DNA of 63,344 nt, counting the filler, from Choristocarpus tenellus KU-1152 (lineage: Eukaryota; Protista; Phaeophyceae), in assembly GCA_964200185.2 (NCBI GenBank). It is 10 parts of 10 records of this genome, joined end to end, with 100 filler letters (N's around TTAATTAATTAA, not from the genome) between each part and the next. Parts side by side here need not be neighbours in the genome. Positions count along the whole stretch, not along the records: positions 1 to 6,015 come from CAXNAD020009166.1; positions 6,116 to 11,906 come from CAXNAD020009746.1; positions 12,007 to 15,014 come from CAXNAD020022971.1; 7 more parts are not named here. The stretch is one strand, 5' to 3'. This document shows positions 1 through 12,583 of the stretch, piece by piece. Positions within the stretch are counted from its first letter, which is position 1. Each line of letters opens with the position of its first letter. Below the pieces are notes generated by a model. That model worked only from the letters and a program-made list of their open reading frames with translations, was not told the origin of the DNA and did not search any database. The position numbers and the translations under genes are program-made.

Positions 1-154
1 GTGTCGGCGTCCGTTTTTCACCCTTTTTTTTTTTTTTTCTTTTTGGTGTGATTTGGTCGCACGTGTCGGATTTGAAATGTCAGCAAAAAAAAGAGTTGTT
101 TGACCGAAACAGACGCCCCGTCACAAACCACCCCCCTCCCAGATACTTTGATCC
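1..154. mobile_element. MITE family B2, right part, cut by the window start
   Basis: Ends CCCCCTCCCAGATACTTTGATCC. Internal sequence (TTTGGTCGCACGTGTCGGATTTGAAATGTCAGCAAAAA...GTTTGACCGAAAC) recurs at 40389-40462, 46418-46544 and 60809-60911. Confidence 0.8.
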
Positions 155-724
155 ATAAAGAAATGTGTATGTGGCGAGATAGTGTGACTGGAACTATCCA
201 CGAGTGATGGATATGTGACGGATAGGTCTCTTTGGGAGCTGATCTCAGTCCAATCCGCATCCGCATGTACACACAAGTGAATTGCGGGCACATCTCTTTG
301 TCATTGGTGATGTCCCCATCAACATCAAACACAGAGAAGCCTTAATAATTATCAGACCACTTGCCGTTGACGATCATGAGGATGTGACGTTACCCATCAG
401 ATCCGAGATTACATTCAGATTTCTCCTTAGATTTGATGGCTTAGAGAGCTTTGGGTTTGCTGAAAGCACCCCACTGCCACACAACTGGTGATTCTGAACA
501 CCCCCCACGACTGAATAGACCTTGCCTCACGACAGATAGGAATACTATAATATCATGATGTTCGAGCAATGTTTTAGGAAATACATTGTTTGGTAATTTC
601 TAAGATTGTTTGCTAGGGTGATTATGGAGGGTAGGACAACCCTCCCTCGTGTAGGTAACGAGTCACTCTTGGGTGAAGCATATTTAGATCATAATATTCT
701 TTGTGGTGAGGCAGTACACTCTCG

Positions 725-1966
725 TGGTGTACGAACAGAGTGGATTATGTTGGGCCTGAGTGAAAGTATCTTAGAGGGTACGTTTTTTGCCCTGTTTGTC
801 CATTTGGGACTTGGGTTCCCACAGGTGTTTTTTTACTCTTTCCTACTCCGATATGTTTCGGAGTAGGTAAAATTTGCACGTTATGAAAAGGTGTGTCTGG
901 AACAAGGATATTGACACTTCCTCAAAAACATGATAGTCAAAATTACATCAAAATCGGAACATTGGAATTTGACCCTGAAATGGACGCGGCTCTACCCTCT
1001 AAGATACTTTGGCTCGCCTGCCTATATGTGAAGAGGAGTGAAGATGGTAGGATCGCTGTCCTCTTTCACTATGTGGATGACATCTCGTTGACTGGAAACT
1101 TTGACGAGGAAATAATGAGGTGAAGAACAATCTGCTTACTAAGTACGAAGGACAGGACCTCGGGACCCTAGGCAAGTTAGTTGGGGTGGCAATCAACCGG
1201 GATGAGGCTGGCATCACACTGGAAGAGCGTTTCTATGCAGAGAGCACTGTTCGTGGGAATGGGATCAACAGAAGTACGGAGTACCTCATCACCTTCAAAC
1301 CCGGGAATGGACCTGATGTCAAGGAGAACCGACGAGGAGGAGCTGGACCAGAGTTACAAACCTTAGCGCACGATTCTGGGGAAACTTATGTTCCTAGCTG
1401 GGATGACACGACCAGACCTATGCAACAGTGTGCGGGAACTGGGAAGATACCCAGCATCTCTATGCAATCGACACTGGAAAGGGCTGCAACAAGTTCTACG
1501 ATACCTAGCAGGCACCATAATAGTAGGGATACACTATCCTGCTGGTGGTGAAATGGACAACGGGTATGGAGACTCAGACTGGGGCAATGACACTGCTTCA
1601 AGATGAAGTGCAACGGGATACCCAATCCTATTGAATGAGGCACCAATTTCATGGAAATCCAAGATGCAAGGAGCTGTAACCACATCTTCATCAGAAGCAG
1701 AATGGACAGCGATGGTGCATGGAATGAGGCATGCAATATTCCTCAGAGGCATCCTGGGGGAGCTGGGCGTACCACAAGGGGTCATGACTTGGTATGGGGA
1801 CAATCGAGGTGTGATCCAAGCAACGATAACTGAAGATTTCAACGGAAGGAAAAGGCATGTCGACATCAAGCTGAAATGCACCAGGGAGTATGTCAACCAA
1901 GGATTTTTCACGGTGAAGTATATACCCACGGGTCTACAACTTGCAGACATCTTGACAAAAAGATAA
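725..1966 (+). mobile_element. Ty1/Copia LTR retrotransposon pol remnant (RT and RNase H), disrupted by stops and frameshifts
   Basis: RT motif CLYVKR...HYVDD, then TRPDL. Copia RNase H motifs GDSDWG, ISWKSKMQ, SSSEAE, GDNRG, HVDIK, QLADILTK. Pieces lie in different frames, with in-frame stops near 1121 and 1604. Confidence 0.92.
758..1015. mobile_element. MITE family A copy 1, inserted in the Copia RT
   Basis: TIRs GAGTGAAAGTATCTTAGAGGGTA / TACCCTCTAAGATACTTTGGCTC; 4-bp TSD GCCT. Removing it restores YEQSGLCWACLYVKR...YVDD. Confidence 0.93.
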
Positions 1967-2070
1967 CGCAAGAAGCTGGTAGCAGACTTTGTATAGACAC
2001 TGTGTTGACAAGATGAATGTCGTGTGCGTGAGAGAGTTGAAGCAATCTGTATTCTTTTACTTCCACTCTC

Positions 2071-2082
2071 ATGGGGGAGTGT
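2071..2082 (+). other. Probable polypurine tract and start (TG) of the Copia 3' LTR
   Basis: GGGGGAG followed by TGTG about 100 bp after the RNase H end, the usual Copia layout. The LTR end was not identified. Confidence 0.55.
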
Positions 2083-4569
2083 GCAAAATAGGACAATAGT
2101 GAGGTGTACCTTATTTTGTGGCTGTGAGATTATTGCCTTGAATTGGGTCCAAATGATGTCACAAAGAGATAGTACATCTGAACTATCTATAGAGTTCAAT
2201 ATTATAGTTAAACTGTTCTGACACAAATAATAAGAAACAAGTAATAGAAGACACCTCACAAAGGTCACTCTTCTAATTTCATCCATCCTTTCTTTTCACG
2301 TTCAGCAGAGGGTATCGTGTGAGGCTCCACACCTTCTTGTCTTCATTAGTGATAAATAGCATTACCTTCCAAGGCAAATTGCACAGAAATAGATTCTCCG
2401 AAGCAGTTTATGAAATATTCGAGGAAATGCTCTTTGATGGCATGCAGGAACGACAAAAAGAGAAATACAAACGAAGCGAACTACAAAGAACCGTATTGAA
2501 ATCCAAAAGTTGATATTTCAAGGGCATCTCATTTTCTGACATGAAACAAAATCGGCATTTCCTGTTGCTTATAGAGTTTCTTGCTACCAAGGAACCCAAC
2601 GAGAGTAGGTCAGCCTGGTATGGTGTCGCTCCCTTGTGCTGCTTTTTTGAGGACGCTGGAAGGAGTTTGTTCGTGTCCTATCATCATTATGAAGTTTTGA
2701 GTGTGAGTGTGGTACATTACTCCCCTCTGGCCCTATATGGGTCCGTGTTCTCACTCACCTGTAGTAATAGCATTAGTAATAGCATTAGTAAGCTGAGAGA
2801 TTGGAAATGGTAGGAACAACAAAAAGAGTAACAGTGATAAAAATAATTGGAAAAAACCATCAAATGGTTGTGACGATTCTCTTTGCGGCTTCTACTGCCA
2901 GTGGTGATGCTGTATGCTACTATACTTGCCTGCCATCTCAAAATGATGTTGTCGTGTGGTGTGTGGTGTGGAAGTACATGAACGGCACATAGTTTATGTA
3001 CCATTCCGTCATCACTACACACACAAAAAGAAGAGCGTAGCACGATTATTGTTGGTGTGTAGGTCATATTTTATTATGCATATGGTATGTTGTCTGTGAT
3101 ATTAAATTTCGTCGAGTTGTGTGTCGCATTTACCCAAATACATTATTAGTAGCATCGTTGTAAAGATATCCATCCTCTCTGTTAATTTTTTTTCTTCTCG
3201 CACTTGTCCGGTTTGGTTGTTAGGATTAGTGTGCGTGTTTGGCGCATTAATTACAGTTGTTCGCTCGAGTATACTGTGTTTTCATTGCTATGAAGAACGA
3301 TGGGGTTTGATGTCGAATATTTAGTTTGGTGTTGAAGGGTGAGTAGAGGATGTAGATTGGGTAAAAGATGGGAAGGAAGGTGTTCTCGAATACAAAAATA
3401 GGGGTGAGATACATTCGAACGGTACATGTAATGTATTGCTAGTGTATGCAAAGGAGAACGTACTCAGCTAATGAAAGATTTTGTTTGTGGAAGATTTGTA
3501 CGAATTTGCGAGCACAGTCATAGTTTCCATGTCTGGATGAATGCCGGGAATGACGAAATTTGTCAGTTATAAAATCGCTATTGCTTGGAAACTGGTTATT
3601 ACATTAACCAAAGTCTAGAGGCGATAAACACAATAAAGCAGAAGGTATGTCTCATTCGGTTGCACGCCGCTCAGATTGGAATGCCCATGGAACCTTATCG
3701 CGCATTCCACACCCCTAGAATACAAGGATATTCTCCTTCCAGTCCCTCATTGATTATGCACAATATATCCTATCAATGTTAATAGAAGGTAAGATGTTAC
3801 TTTTTTGCTCAAGGAAGTGTAAGACGTAAGAAGGCCTACATAAGGAAGGTAAGACAAGTTGGAGTCAAACTAATGGAGAGGTGGGCAGAGTTGCATTTTG
3901 AGGATTCTCTGATATGTCAAACTTTTGTTGCTTTTGTCGATGATTGACGAAAGCCTCTACACAATTGTGGCAAGTTTCCGTGAGAAAAAAGTGAAAATCA
4001 TATAGTTTGCAGGTACCTACACAATGATTCCCTAAGGTTCTTTTGCATGTTTTTCACATCTCGGTTTATCTGGGTTTGATTTTTTGTATACGATTTTCAA
4101 CCCGTTTCTGTGGACGAGGATCGCTTTCTATTGTTTGAGTATTGATTGTTGTTGTGTAGTGTATGTGGAGGGTCGTAAGGGTTGTGTCAAGACTTGGTAG
4201 TTGAAGTCTCGAAATTAGTACTTCCAAGTACCCTCTTAATTCATACTCCATAAGGCATGTCAGGCAACAAGACATGTTATTTCGCCTTGGCACAATTGTC
4301 ATTCCTAATTTAGTGCCATTACGCATTTTGCGGTTAATAATGGGCAGACATGCCTTAACGTGGATGGACAGATACGCCATGCCGATAGAGGTAAGAACCC
4401 GGTTCGTAGACATACAAAACACCCAAGCAGTGTCATTCCCGTGTACATCCTACACAATTTGCCATGTATTGCGCAGTGAACATCCGCTGTCTTATTCCAC
4501 ACTGGGACCACCACTCTTCACTGTGCATAACTGTAGGCGTAGACATTACCTTAATGAATTTGTAGCATT

Positions 4570-5545
4570 TTGAATCAATATGGAGACGACGAGATGAAGA
4601 GACTGTGCATTGATTGCCATCTCCTCAAGGAGGAGAAGAGTGACAAGGGCACTAGTGATGATGATGGCCCTAAGTTGTATCAAGGACTTCTCCTCCACAA
4701 AACCACCTTTTGTCCCAGACAAGTTATAACTGTCTGCTATGGTGTCAAAGTTTGGGGAAGGGTACCGCCAATAAGGTTGGGGAGAGTATGTAGCCTAGTA
4801 TGGCAAAGCACAAGGGGAAGTGAAAGAACCTGTCATGTGGGGCTGGTAACCAGAAAATATGATCTTTGCCCTAGAAAGGTGAAGTGCTGGACTTGCTAAG
4901 AGGACACAAGGTTAGAGCCAAAGTATCTTAGAGGGTAGAGCCGCGTCAATTTGGGACCAAAATTCAATGTTGCGATTTCGATATTATTTTGGCCATTGTG
5001 TTTGTTAGGAAGTGTCAATATCCTTGTTCTGGACACCTTTTCATAACATATGCATCCTACATGCTCAAAATATTTTGGAGTAGGAAAATGTCATAAAAAA
5101 ACCCATGGGGAGCCAAGCCCCAAATGGACAAACAGGGAAAAACTCGTACCCTCTAAGATACGTTCACTCTTAACCAAATTAGCAGAGCGGAGTGATATTG
5201 TGCTGGTGAGAGAGGACCATTTAACGAACTGTAGGAAGAAAGTTCTGCAGAAGCAGCTTCTTGCAAGTTGAGAGTTTGACGAGAGAAGGCGGTTAGAAAA
5301 CCATGGCACCCGGAGACAAACTCTTTCACCTGCTGTGTGTGTGTGTTGTGATACTACTGTCTGCACAACTATACCGCTTATGTCGTGCAACTGCTGTCCA
5401 ACTGCTACTATGTTCTAATCGCTGGCCGCTCTTGTGTTCTTCTTTCCTAGGTATGGTTAATTATGTACATAAATTCACACCCAACCTAGTCACAGTCATT
5501 GAACTGTTAGTTCGTCTTACTAAGAAAGGTGTCGGTAAGAACAGC
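4570..5545 (+). mobile_element. Degenerate Ty3/Gypsy-like remnant
   Basis: SFLGMVNYVHKFTPNL...LVRLTKKG (about 5440-5530) resembles the Gypsy RT/RNase H connection. Upstream Cys-rich CWTC text may be a gag knuckle. Confidence 0.55.
4915..5169. mobile_element. MITE family A copy 2
   Basis: GAGCCAAAGTATCTTAGAGGGTA...TACCCTCTAAGATACGTTCACTC; 3-bp TSD TTA. Confidence 0.9.
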
Positions 5546-5548
5546 ATT

Positions 5549-5640
5549 TGTTACAGCACGTTCCAAAACTTACCTCCACAGGATATGTAGCTCCAATCCA
5601 TAGGCCTATAGATGGCGCTGTTGCCTGTACAGGACTCCTG
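5549..5640. mobile_element. Family D (TGTTACAG-terminal element) end fragment
   Basis: TGTTACAGCACGTTCC...TTACCTCCACAGG matches the reverse complement of about 62700-62779. Confidence 0.65.
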
Positions 5641-5824
5641 ATGTACATAAACAGTCAAAAGGTCCAACGAGGATGGTGAATGTCAGGACAGCAGATGAAG
5701 ATATATTCTTAAGCAATGGGAATGTATGCCAAATACTATAAAGAATGAAACCTGTGCTACTTTCATCCATAAACTACTTGTTCGAGTTTACAGACGCCAT
5801 AATACACCTGAAACCATTGCTTTT

Positions 5825-6000
5825 GGCTCAAAGTATCTGGTGGGGGTGTCAGCTGTCCATTTGGGGCCAATTTTTTCATATCTCGATTTTTGGGTGATTT
5901 GGTTCCATACGTTGGATGGATAATGAAAGTGCACTTATCCTGGCTTTGGTCCAAATGGACACTCTGGTGTATACCCACCGCGCCCCCCCCCCCCACCCCC
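5825..6000. mobile_element. MITE family B1 copy at the contig end
   Basis: Starts GGCTCAAAGTATCTGG. Body is the reverse-complement homolog of the complete copy at 59287-59466. Confidence 0.82.
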
Positions 6001-6015
6001 ACCACCATTAACTCT

Positions 6016-6115
6016 NNNNNNNNNNNNNNNNNNNNNNNNNNNNNNNNNNNNNNNNNNNNTTAATTAATTAANNNNNNNNNNNNNNNNNNNNNNNNNNNNN
6101 NNNNNNNNNNNNNNN
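6016..6115. other. Artificial contig linker, first of nine (others at 11907-12006, 15015-15114, 20865-20964, 40289-40388, 46545-46644, 52862-52961, 57334-57433, 60709-60808)
   Basis: Identical 100-bp N44-TTAATTAATTAA-N44 blocks; the core gives stops in all six frames. Confidence 0.97.
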
Positions 6116-6189
6116 CCCCCCCCCCCCCCCCCTCCCCCCCCCCCCCGGCCGCGGGGCGGGGGGGGGGGGGGGGGGGGCAGCGAAGAGAA

Positions 6190-6225
<36 letters not shown>

Positions 6226-6497
6226 GGGGCAAGATAAGATAGCAACAGCCTTGGAATAAGCAGGCAAAGGACCTCGCCCCCCCGGGGCACAGTACACCAC
6301 AACCAAGCCAGAAACACAACACCCAAGAGTGTATCGGAAGCTGGCATGAAGGACAGGGATGAGGCTGTTCACCGGAACGGTGGAGAGTAACAGGCTCACA
6401 AAGTGGATCTAGTCGTCAACCCCAGGAGGGGATCTTTAGGCCTCGCAATAATAAGGAAAACTCACAGAACTTTAGAACGGTCCCAGAATCTCCAAGA

Positions 6498-6759
6498 GAG
6501 TGAAATTATCTTAGAGGGTACGAGTTTTGCCCTTTTTGTCCATTTGGAGCTTGGCTTCCCATGAGTTCTTTTACGACATTTTCATACTCCAAACTTGTTC
6601 AGAGTAGGTAAAATGTATACATCACGAAGAGGTGTGTCCGAAACATGATGGATATTGACACATCTTAACAAACACGACAGCCAAAATTACATCAAAATCA
6701 CAACATTGGATTTTGGTCCCCAAATGGACGCGGCCCTATCCTCTAAGATAATTTGACTC
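6498..6759. mobile_element. MITE family A copy 3
   Basis: GAGTGAAATTATCTTAGAGGGTA...CCTCTAAGATAATTTGACTC; 3-bp TSD AGA. Confidence 0.9.
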
Positions 6760-7225
6760 AGAGCCGTTCCTCACCTCGTACGTGCGGAGCAACGCACAAT
6801 CGCAACGGAAAAAATAAAATCTAAAAATAAAATCTAAAAATAAAATTTAGTCAAATATGCGGCCGCATGATCGGGTAAGTCAAACAAACCCTAACCCTTT
6901 TTTTTCTGACACCATCTAAGCGATTTCAAACCCTAACCCCAATGACTGACACTGTAGAAAAAAAATGAACAGTAGCACGCTGCCTGAAAAGGGCAGCCAC
7001 CCTAACCCTAATCCTACCACACCGGCTACTTCGCTTACTACTAGCTTGCAGACCCTCAAACCCTTCAAGCTCTAACATGCGCCTATGTGTTTATGACAGA
7101 TCATTTTGATGTCTTGAAAAGGGTCTCCAATTATCCACGTACAGACTAGTCAGGCAGACAACTTCATAGATATCCCCAAATATATTGATCAAATGTAGTT
7201 GCAAACTAACTTGTGCCACAGGCCG

Positions 7226-7453
7226 ATCAACTATTACTTACATCCCATTTAACAACCAATCAACTATTACTACATCCCAATAACAACCAATAACTATTAC
7301 TACATCCCAATAACAACCAATAAACTATTACTATATCCCAATAACAACCAATCAACTATTTCTACATCCCAATAACAACCAATCAACTATTTCTACGTAA
7401 CATTAATAACCAATCAACTACTTCTACATAACATTAATAACCAATCCCTACTA
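7226..7453. repeat. Minisatellite, about 30-31-bp unit x about 7
   Basis: Tandem CAACTATTACTACATCCCAATAACAACCAAT variants with no unique spacers. Confidence 0.9.
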
Positions 7454-7586
7454 TGTGTCCGGAACACCATTGGAAGTCTTCTCCACTATCTACCAGGTGA
7501 ATCTACCAAACAAACTCAAACACCACACAACATCAAGTACCCCTCAGAATTGATCAGAGTATCCATTCCATCCCACCTACAAGACA

Positions 7587-7714
7587 TCAACAACAACATT
7601 AATAATAAAAATAATAATGATAATAATACCAATAATAGTAATAATAACAACAATAATAATAATAATAACATAATAATAATAATAATAACAATAATAACAA
7701 CAATAATAACAATA

Positions 7715-7751
<37 letters not shown>

Positions 7752-7755
7752 TAGC
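7587..7755. repeat. (AAT/AAC)n microsatellite; similar tracts at about 8803-8936 and 10582-10657
   Basis: Direct inspection of the sequence. Confidence 0.95.
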
Positions 7756-8803
7756 AACACCTTTCTCAAACACGAAACGAAGAAGCATTTCAACACAAGG
7801 GGGATCAACGAAGGTCTTTGCCAGCACCCACCCACCTCCCTTTGACTCGAGATGTATACTGACATCGATCCAATACGCCTTCCTGCCTAGAGCGTATCTC
7901 ATTCACCTTAGTGCTGTGAGGAGGAAATAAAAGAAAATACACGCGATCCAAGTATTATGTGAGGGTTAGGGTTAGCAAGACCTTACCAGTGATGCAGAGG
8001 ACAGAGTGTACTTCCCAGAGAAGAAACCTCGACAAGCACCAAATGCAATCAACCAACAATGGTGGTCATCCTTCTCAAATCTGCTAATCCATCCATCCAT
8101 CCATCCATCCATTAATCAATCAATCAATAAAAAATAAGCATTCTCCCTTTTACCTCTACTTAACCTTACGGAGAGGGATAAAAGTTAATCAAAAGAACAA
8201 ATATATAAAGATGACATTAAAAAAAGCTAAAAAAAACAAAACAATAAAATTACTTCAAAATTAACACCAACAACAATAGACAACACTAAAAATGACCATA
8301 AAGTACTGAAAAGCACAACATGCCCCACACAATACCCCACACAGAAAGTATTGCACAGCCTATCATCAACAGACAACTCAAAAAACCAACAGGAAAGATA
8401 CGCCCATCATTCCATCTTTCCTCTAATAAGCTGGGTTTCTCACATATTGTCAAGGCGTTCTGCCAGCGCCTCCAGCACAAACATAGTCTGCTTCTTATGA
8501 TGACCAGTCCCAGAACCTCCTAGCCCCCCCCTCTTATTTACACCTGTTATGCCCATACTGCCACCCTTCTCCATCTTCACCAACCAGGCCCCACCCATTG
8601 TCCGAACCAGTCATATCAACCAAAAAACACAACAAGAACATAATCAAGTCCATATATGCATATATAACTGCGTGTGTCTGAGTTAGCATTTGATTATAAC
8701 CAAGTCATGTGATTGGTGGAAAATGAAAAGGGGAGGAGAGGTCTTCTTCTCGGGTAACCATGGGTACCAAAAGAAATGCTGGGACCAGCAGCATGAGAGT
8801 AGA

Positions 8804-8834
<31 letters not shown>

Positions 8835-10395
8835 GTAATAGTAATGACAAAAATAATAACAATAATAATAATACTGATAATGGTAATAATAATGATGATG
8901 ATGATAATAACCATAATGATGACAATAATAATAATAAAGAAGGAGACACTAGTTGCACCCTTTTACCATCAACAAGGGCAGAGGAATATTCCCACCTCTT
9001 AAACCCCAACTCCTATGTATCAAATGTTAACTAAACAAGACAAATATTTTTGGCATATATACCAAAAATAAAATCAACAAGAACAATCCATACCACAACT
9101 AAAATCAATCAGCATCCCAAACAACAAAAACCCCACTTGACAAAACACCCTTAATCCTTAACCCTTAATCCAAACCAACGCCACAAAAAACACCAGACAG
9201 GATATAGCAGTGGTACGATCATCATTACTGACTATATCAGGAAATACTCTATATAAATACTATGACATGGAACTGTACCTTCTCCTGCTCCTTCTGCTTG
9301 GCGTACACAGCATACTTAGTGTTGTTTTCCCTGCTCAGATTCTCCATTCGTCCATACATTATCTTTTCCAGGTTGTACCTTTTTTGGTCATATTTCAGAA
9401 CACAACAAGGAGGATACGTAAACACCGAAAAATGAAAACCAAATACAAAATAATTAAAATATTTTACAGGTTGTACCTTTTTGGTCATATTTCAGAACAC
9501 AACAGGGGGGATATGTAACCACCAAAAAATGAAAACCAAATACAAAATAATAAAATATTTTCCAGATTGTACCTTCTTCGGTCAAATTCTAGATACAACT
9601 GGGAGACAGACAAACACACCAAAATAATAAAAATTAGTCAAGAAAATAACTAAATAAATAACCCTGCAACACATGTTTAAAGGTACACATGTTTAAAGGT
9701 ATTAATAGTGACATCACTAGTATACAACATCCAAAATGGATACACGCCATCACTGAACTCCACAACATAGCCACTAAAGGGCATATCATCATCACCCTCA
9801 GACAGACCAAACATGGACACTACAACTACAAATACTACCTGTTCCATTCACATCACAAAGTGTCATTTCCTGCTTGTAGATCAGGATATATATACACATT
9901 AAGGGAGATCATCAAAACTCCAAACTGAAACCAACAAATTGACGCTCCTACGGAAAAATCCCACCGATGAAGGCATTCTCTACAACACCAGGCATTCAAC
10001 CAATCGAAACAAGTCACTACAAAATATCGAAAATTCAACCAATCAAAACAAGTCACCTTAAAATACCAAACATTCAACCAATCAAACCAAGTCACTACAA
10101 AACATCACAAATTCGACCAATCAAAACACATCACACCCACCCCACCCCACCCACATATCCTTCAACACAATACAACATCCCCACACCTCATCTGGAATTT
10201 CATCTGGTTGTAGCTCCCTCTCTGATAAAGTGCCCTGGAGGCGGACTCCTGCCCGTATCCTTCCCCCTCCCCCCCCTCCATAAAGGAATAGTACTTGTGA
10301 TAAGTAATGCGCTCACTTCGCCTCTGGAGGGAAGACGCCTCCCCACCCTGCGTCAAAAGATGTAGCTTGATGCCAGCTTCCGTCCACTCCCGCCT
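7755..10395 (-). CDS. Probable exons of an unidentified multi-exon gene fragment
   Basis: GC-richer islands among simple-repeat DNA with open minus-strand frames and plausible donors. Examples: about 10395-10187 (KAEWTEAGIKLHLLTQGG...QMKFQMR), 8519-8443 (GGSGTGHHKKQTMFVLEALAERLDN then GTGAG), 8082-7988 (RFEKDDHHCWLIAFGACRGFFSGKYTLSSASL then GTAAG) and 7900-7760. No family recognised. Confidence 0.4.
9366..9635. repeat. Tandem repeat, about 97-bp unit x about 2.7
   Basis: CAGGTTGTACCTTTTTGGTCATATTTCAGAACACAAC recurs near 9369, 9467 and 9563. Confidence 0.85.
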
Positions 10396-10581
10396 TATTG
10401 GTGTTGAAAATATTATTATTTTTTAACAAGTGCAACGGTAATGCAAGCAGCAGAAGCCGATGCGAGATAATGGAACAATAATATTATTATTACAAGTAGT
10501 GGGCATAATAATAAGAAGAAGAAGAATACTGTCCTGTTAGTTCAAGAAAAAAAACAGTTCTATTTTGCAAAAATAAAAGTA

Positions 10582-10612
<31 letters not shown>

Positions 10613-11356
10613 TGTGATATAATGATGATGATAATGATGATGATGATGATGATGATGAGTCATCAAACTCAAGAAAAAACATCAAATATTTCTTCAAAAT
10701 ACGAGAAGAACATAAACAATAAAAAAATAATAATAATATAGACCTGTTAAATTCAAGGAAAAAAAAAAAGTATTTTTAAAATACAAGATTAGTAATAATA
10801 ATAACTAGCTGTCAAATTGAAGGGAAAATGAACATATTTCCAAATAACAGTTCTACAACAGCATTATAAAAATAGAAGTATTTTCACAGACGGACTGCCA
10901 ATTTAACAGAAAATTTCCAGTTTCCCGCCATCTTAGACATCAGCAGTCAGCGGAGTGGTATAATGCTATGACATATACCATAGACGGTAAAAGCGATTCC
11001 ACATTTATATACATACATATATATACCATCAACACTATTTTTCTTACTCATACTGTATCGCTGACAAACCCTAACCCTACATTTAACACACCATTCCAGA
11101 GTGCTTAGGGCCGAATGTATGTATATATACATATATACATTGAGGGTTTCTATCAGCAACCTAGAAAATATCATTTTGCACACCATTCCTTGTCTCTCTC
11201 TCTGTATGTATGTATGTATGTATGTATGTATGTATGTATGTATGTATGTATGTATGTATTATGTCTATGTTCAGGATGCAAACAAAAATTCCTTGTACAC
11301 CAACAAACACCTCAACCCCAACACTCTCCACCACGTTCACCCTCAAACCATAACAT

Positions 11357-11473
11357 CCCTAGCCCTAACACCAGCCCTAACCCTAACCCTAACCCTAATC
11401 TTAACCCTAATCCTAATCCTACCCCAACTCGCCCATCTCTCAAACCATAACATCCCTAACCCTAACCCCAACC
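11357..11473. repeat. Degenerate interstitial telomere-like (CCCTAA)n tract
   Basis: CCCTAACCCTAACCCTAACCCTAATCTTAACCCTAATCCTAA. The opposite-orientation GGTTAGGGTTAGGGTTA lies at 11884-11900. Confidence 0.85.
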
Positions 11474-12552
11474 ACCTCCACCAACGCTTCTAATCAACCA
11501 CTCTTGAGTCTGCCCAAATATATATATATATATATATATATATCACTCCCCAGTTCTAATTATAGACGAAAGTCAAAAGTAAACAAGAAGGCAACAGGTT
11601 AGGAGTATTCACAGGTCAGGTAATTTGGAGTTGTAAAACGCCTTTCCAAGTCCATTTGATAGGAGTACACAAGGGCGTTTCACACAGCGCATGCATCCCT
11701 AACAGTAACCCCCACCTCTGCAAATTGCAAAATGAACAGACCCACAAAAAGAAAAAATATATAGACTCCAAACCTCTGCACTTTGTGCTCCAAGTATACA
11801 CATCCCAACACAGAGTCAGATGGACCCTTCAAACACATCACACGCCCCTCTCAGTTAGTTCAAGTCTCAACAGAAGCATCTAAGGTTAGGGTTAGGGTTA
11901 CAGCTCNNNNNNNNNNNNNNNNNNNNNNNNNNNNNNNNNNNNNNNNNNNNTTAATTAATTAANNNNNNNNNNNNNNNNNNNNNNNNNNNNNNNNNNNNNN
12001 NNNNNNTGTACAAATTGTGTGATCTCTCCCTATACTGTTTTAGTTGTAGGTTGACATGTTTCAGAAATGGCCTTTGCTATATGCAATAGAGATTTCTTGT
12101 TGTTTCTCCCCTATGACAGCACATATGAAGGAATAATCACAGACAGTTGAAATATTGCCCTGTGCCATAGACCCATTGCATACAGGCCTGATCCACCACC
12201 TTTCTTGCAAAACTAGGCATTCTCTCACTGTATTGCCTTTGTTGATGATGGCCCTGTACTTAATTTATGGTCACAAAGTCTGTTCCCGTTTCAACTGCGT
12301 TCAAGTATGCGCTCAGAAAACAACTAATGCTGTACCAATCGGTTTTGGTGAATAATATACCGACTCAATCCATGTATAAATTGAAGAAAAGACTGCAGAA
12401 CAAGTGTGTTGCTTTGTGTCCCTTTGGCCTCAGGGCTTGGAGATTTACGGTTGACTTGTAGCCCTGGTTTTGATGTTTTTTTATGGAGGTGTGGACTGGA
12501 CATAATATTTCCTGCACCTTTATGGAGGATGAGCCATATGCATGGGGGCTTT

Positions 12553-12583
<31 letters not shown>

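Noticed and set aside
1534-2286. 250-aa minus-strand ORF
   Set aside because: It is an antisense shadow of the Copia RNase H region and has no motifs of its own.
6116-6230. Poly-proline ORFs (formin/extensin-like)
   Set aside because: They come from G/C homopolymers at a contig edge, probably low-quality sequence.
7226-7453. 30-31-bp repeats as a possible CRISPR array
   Set aside because: Units are head-to-tail with no unique spacers, no cas genes are present, and the context is eukaryotic.
11357-11900. A true chromosome end
   Set aside because: Tracts are short, degenerate, in both orientations and followed by non-telomeric bases.
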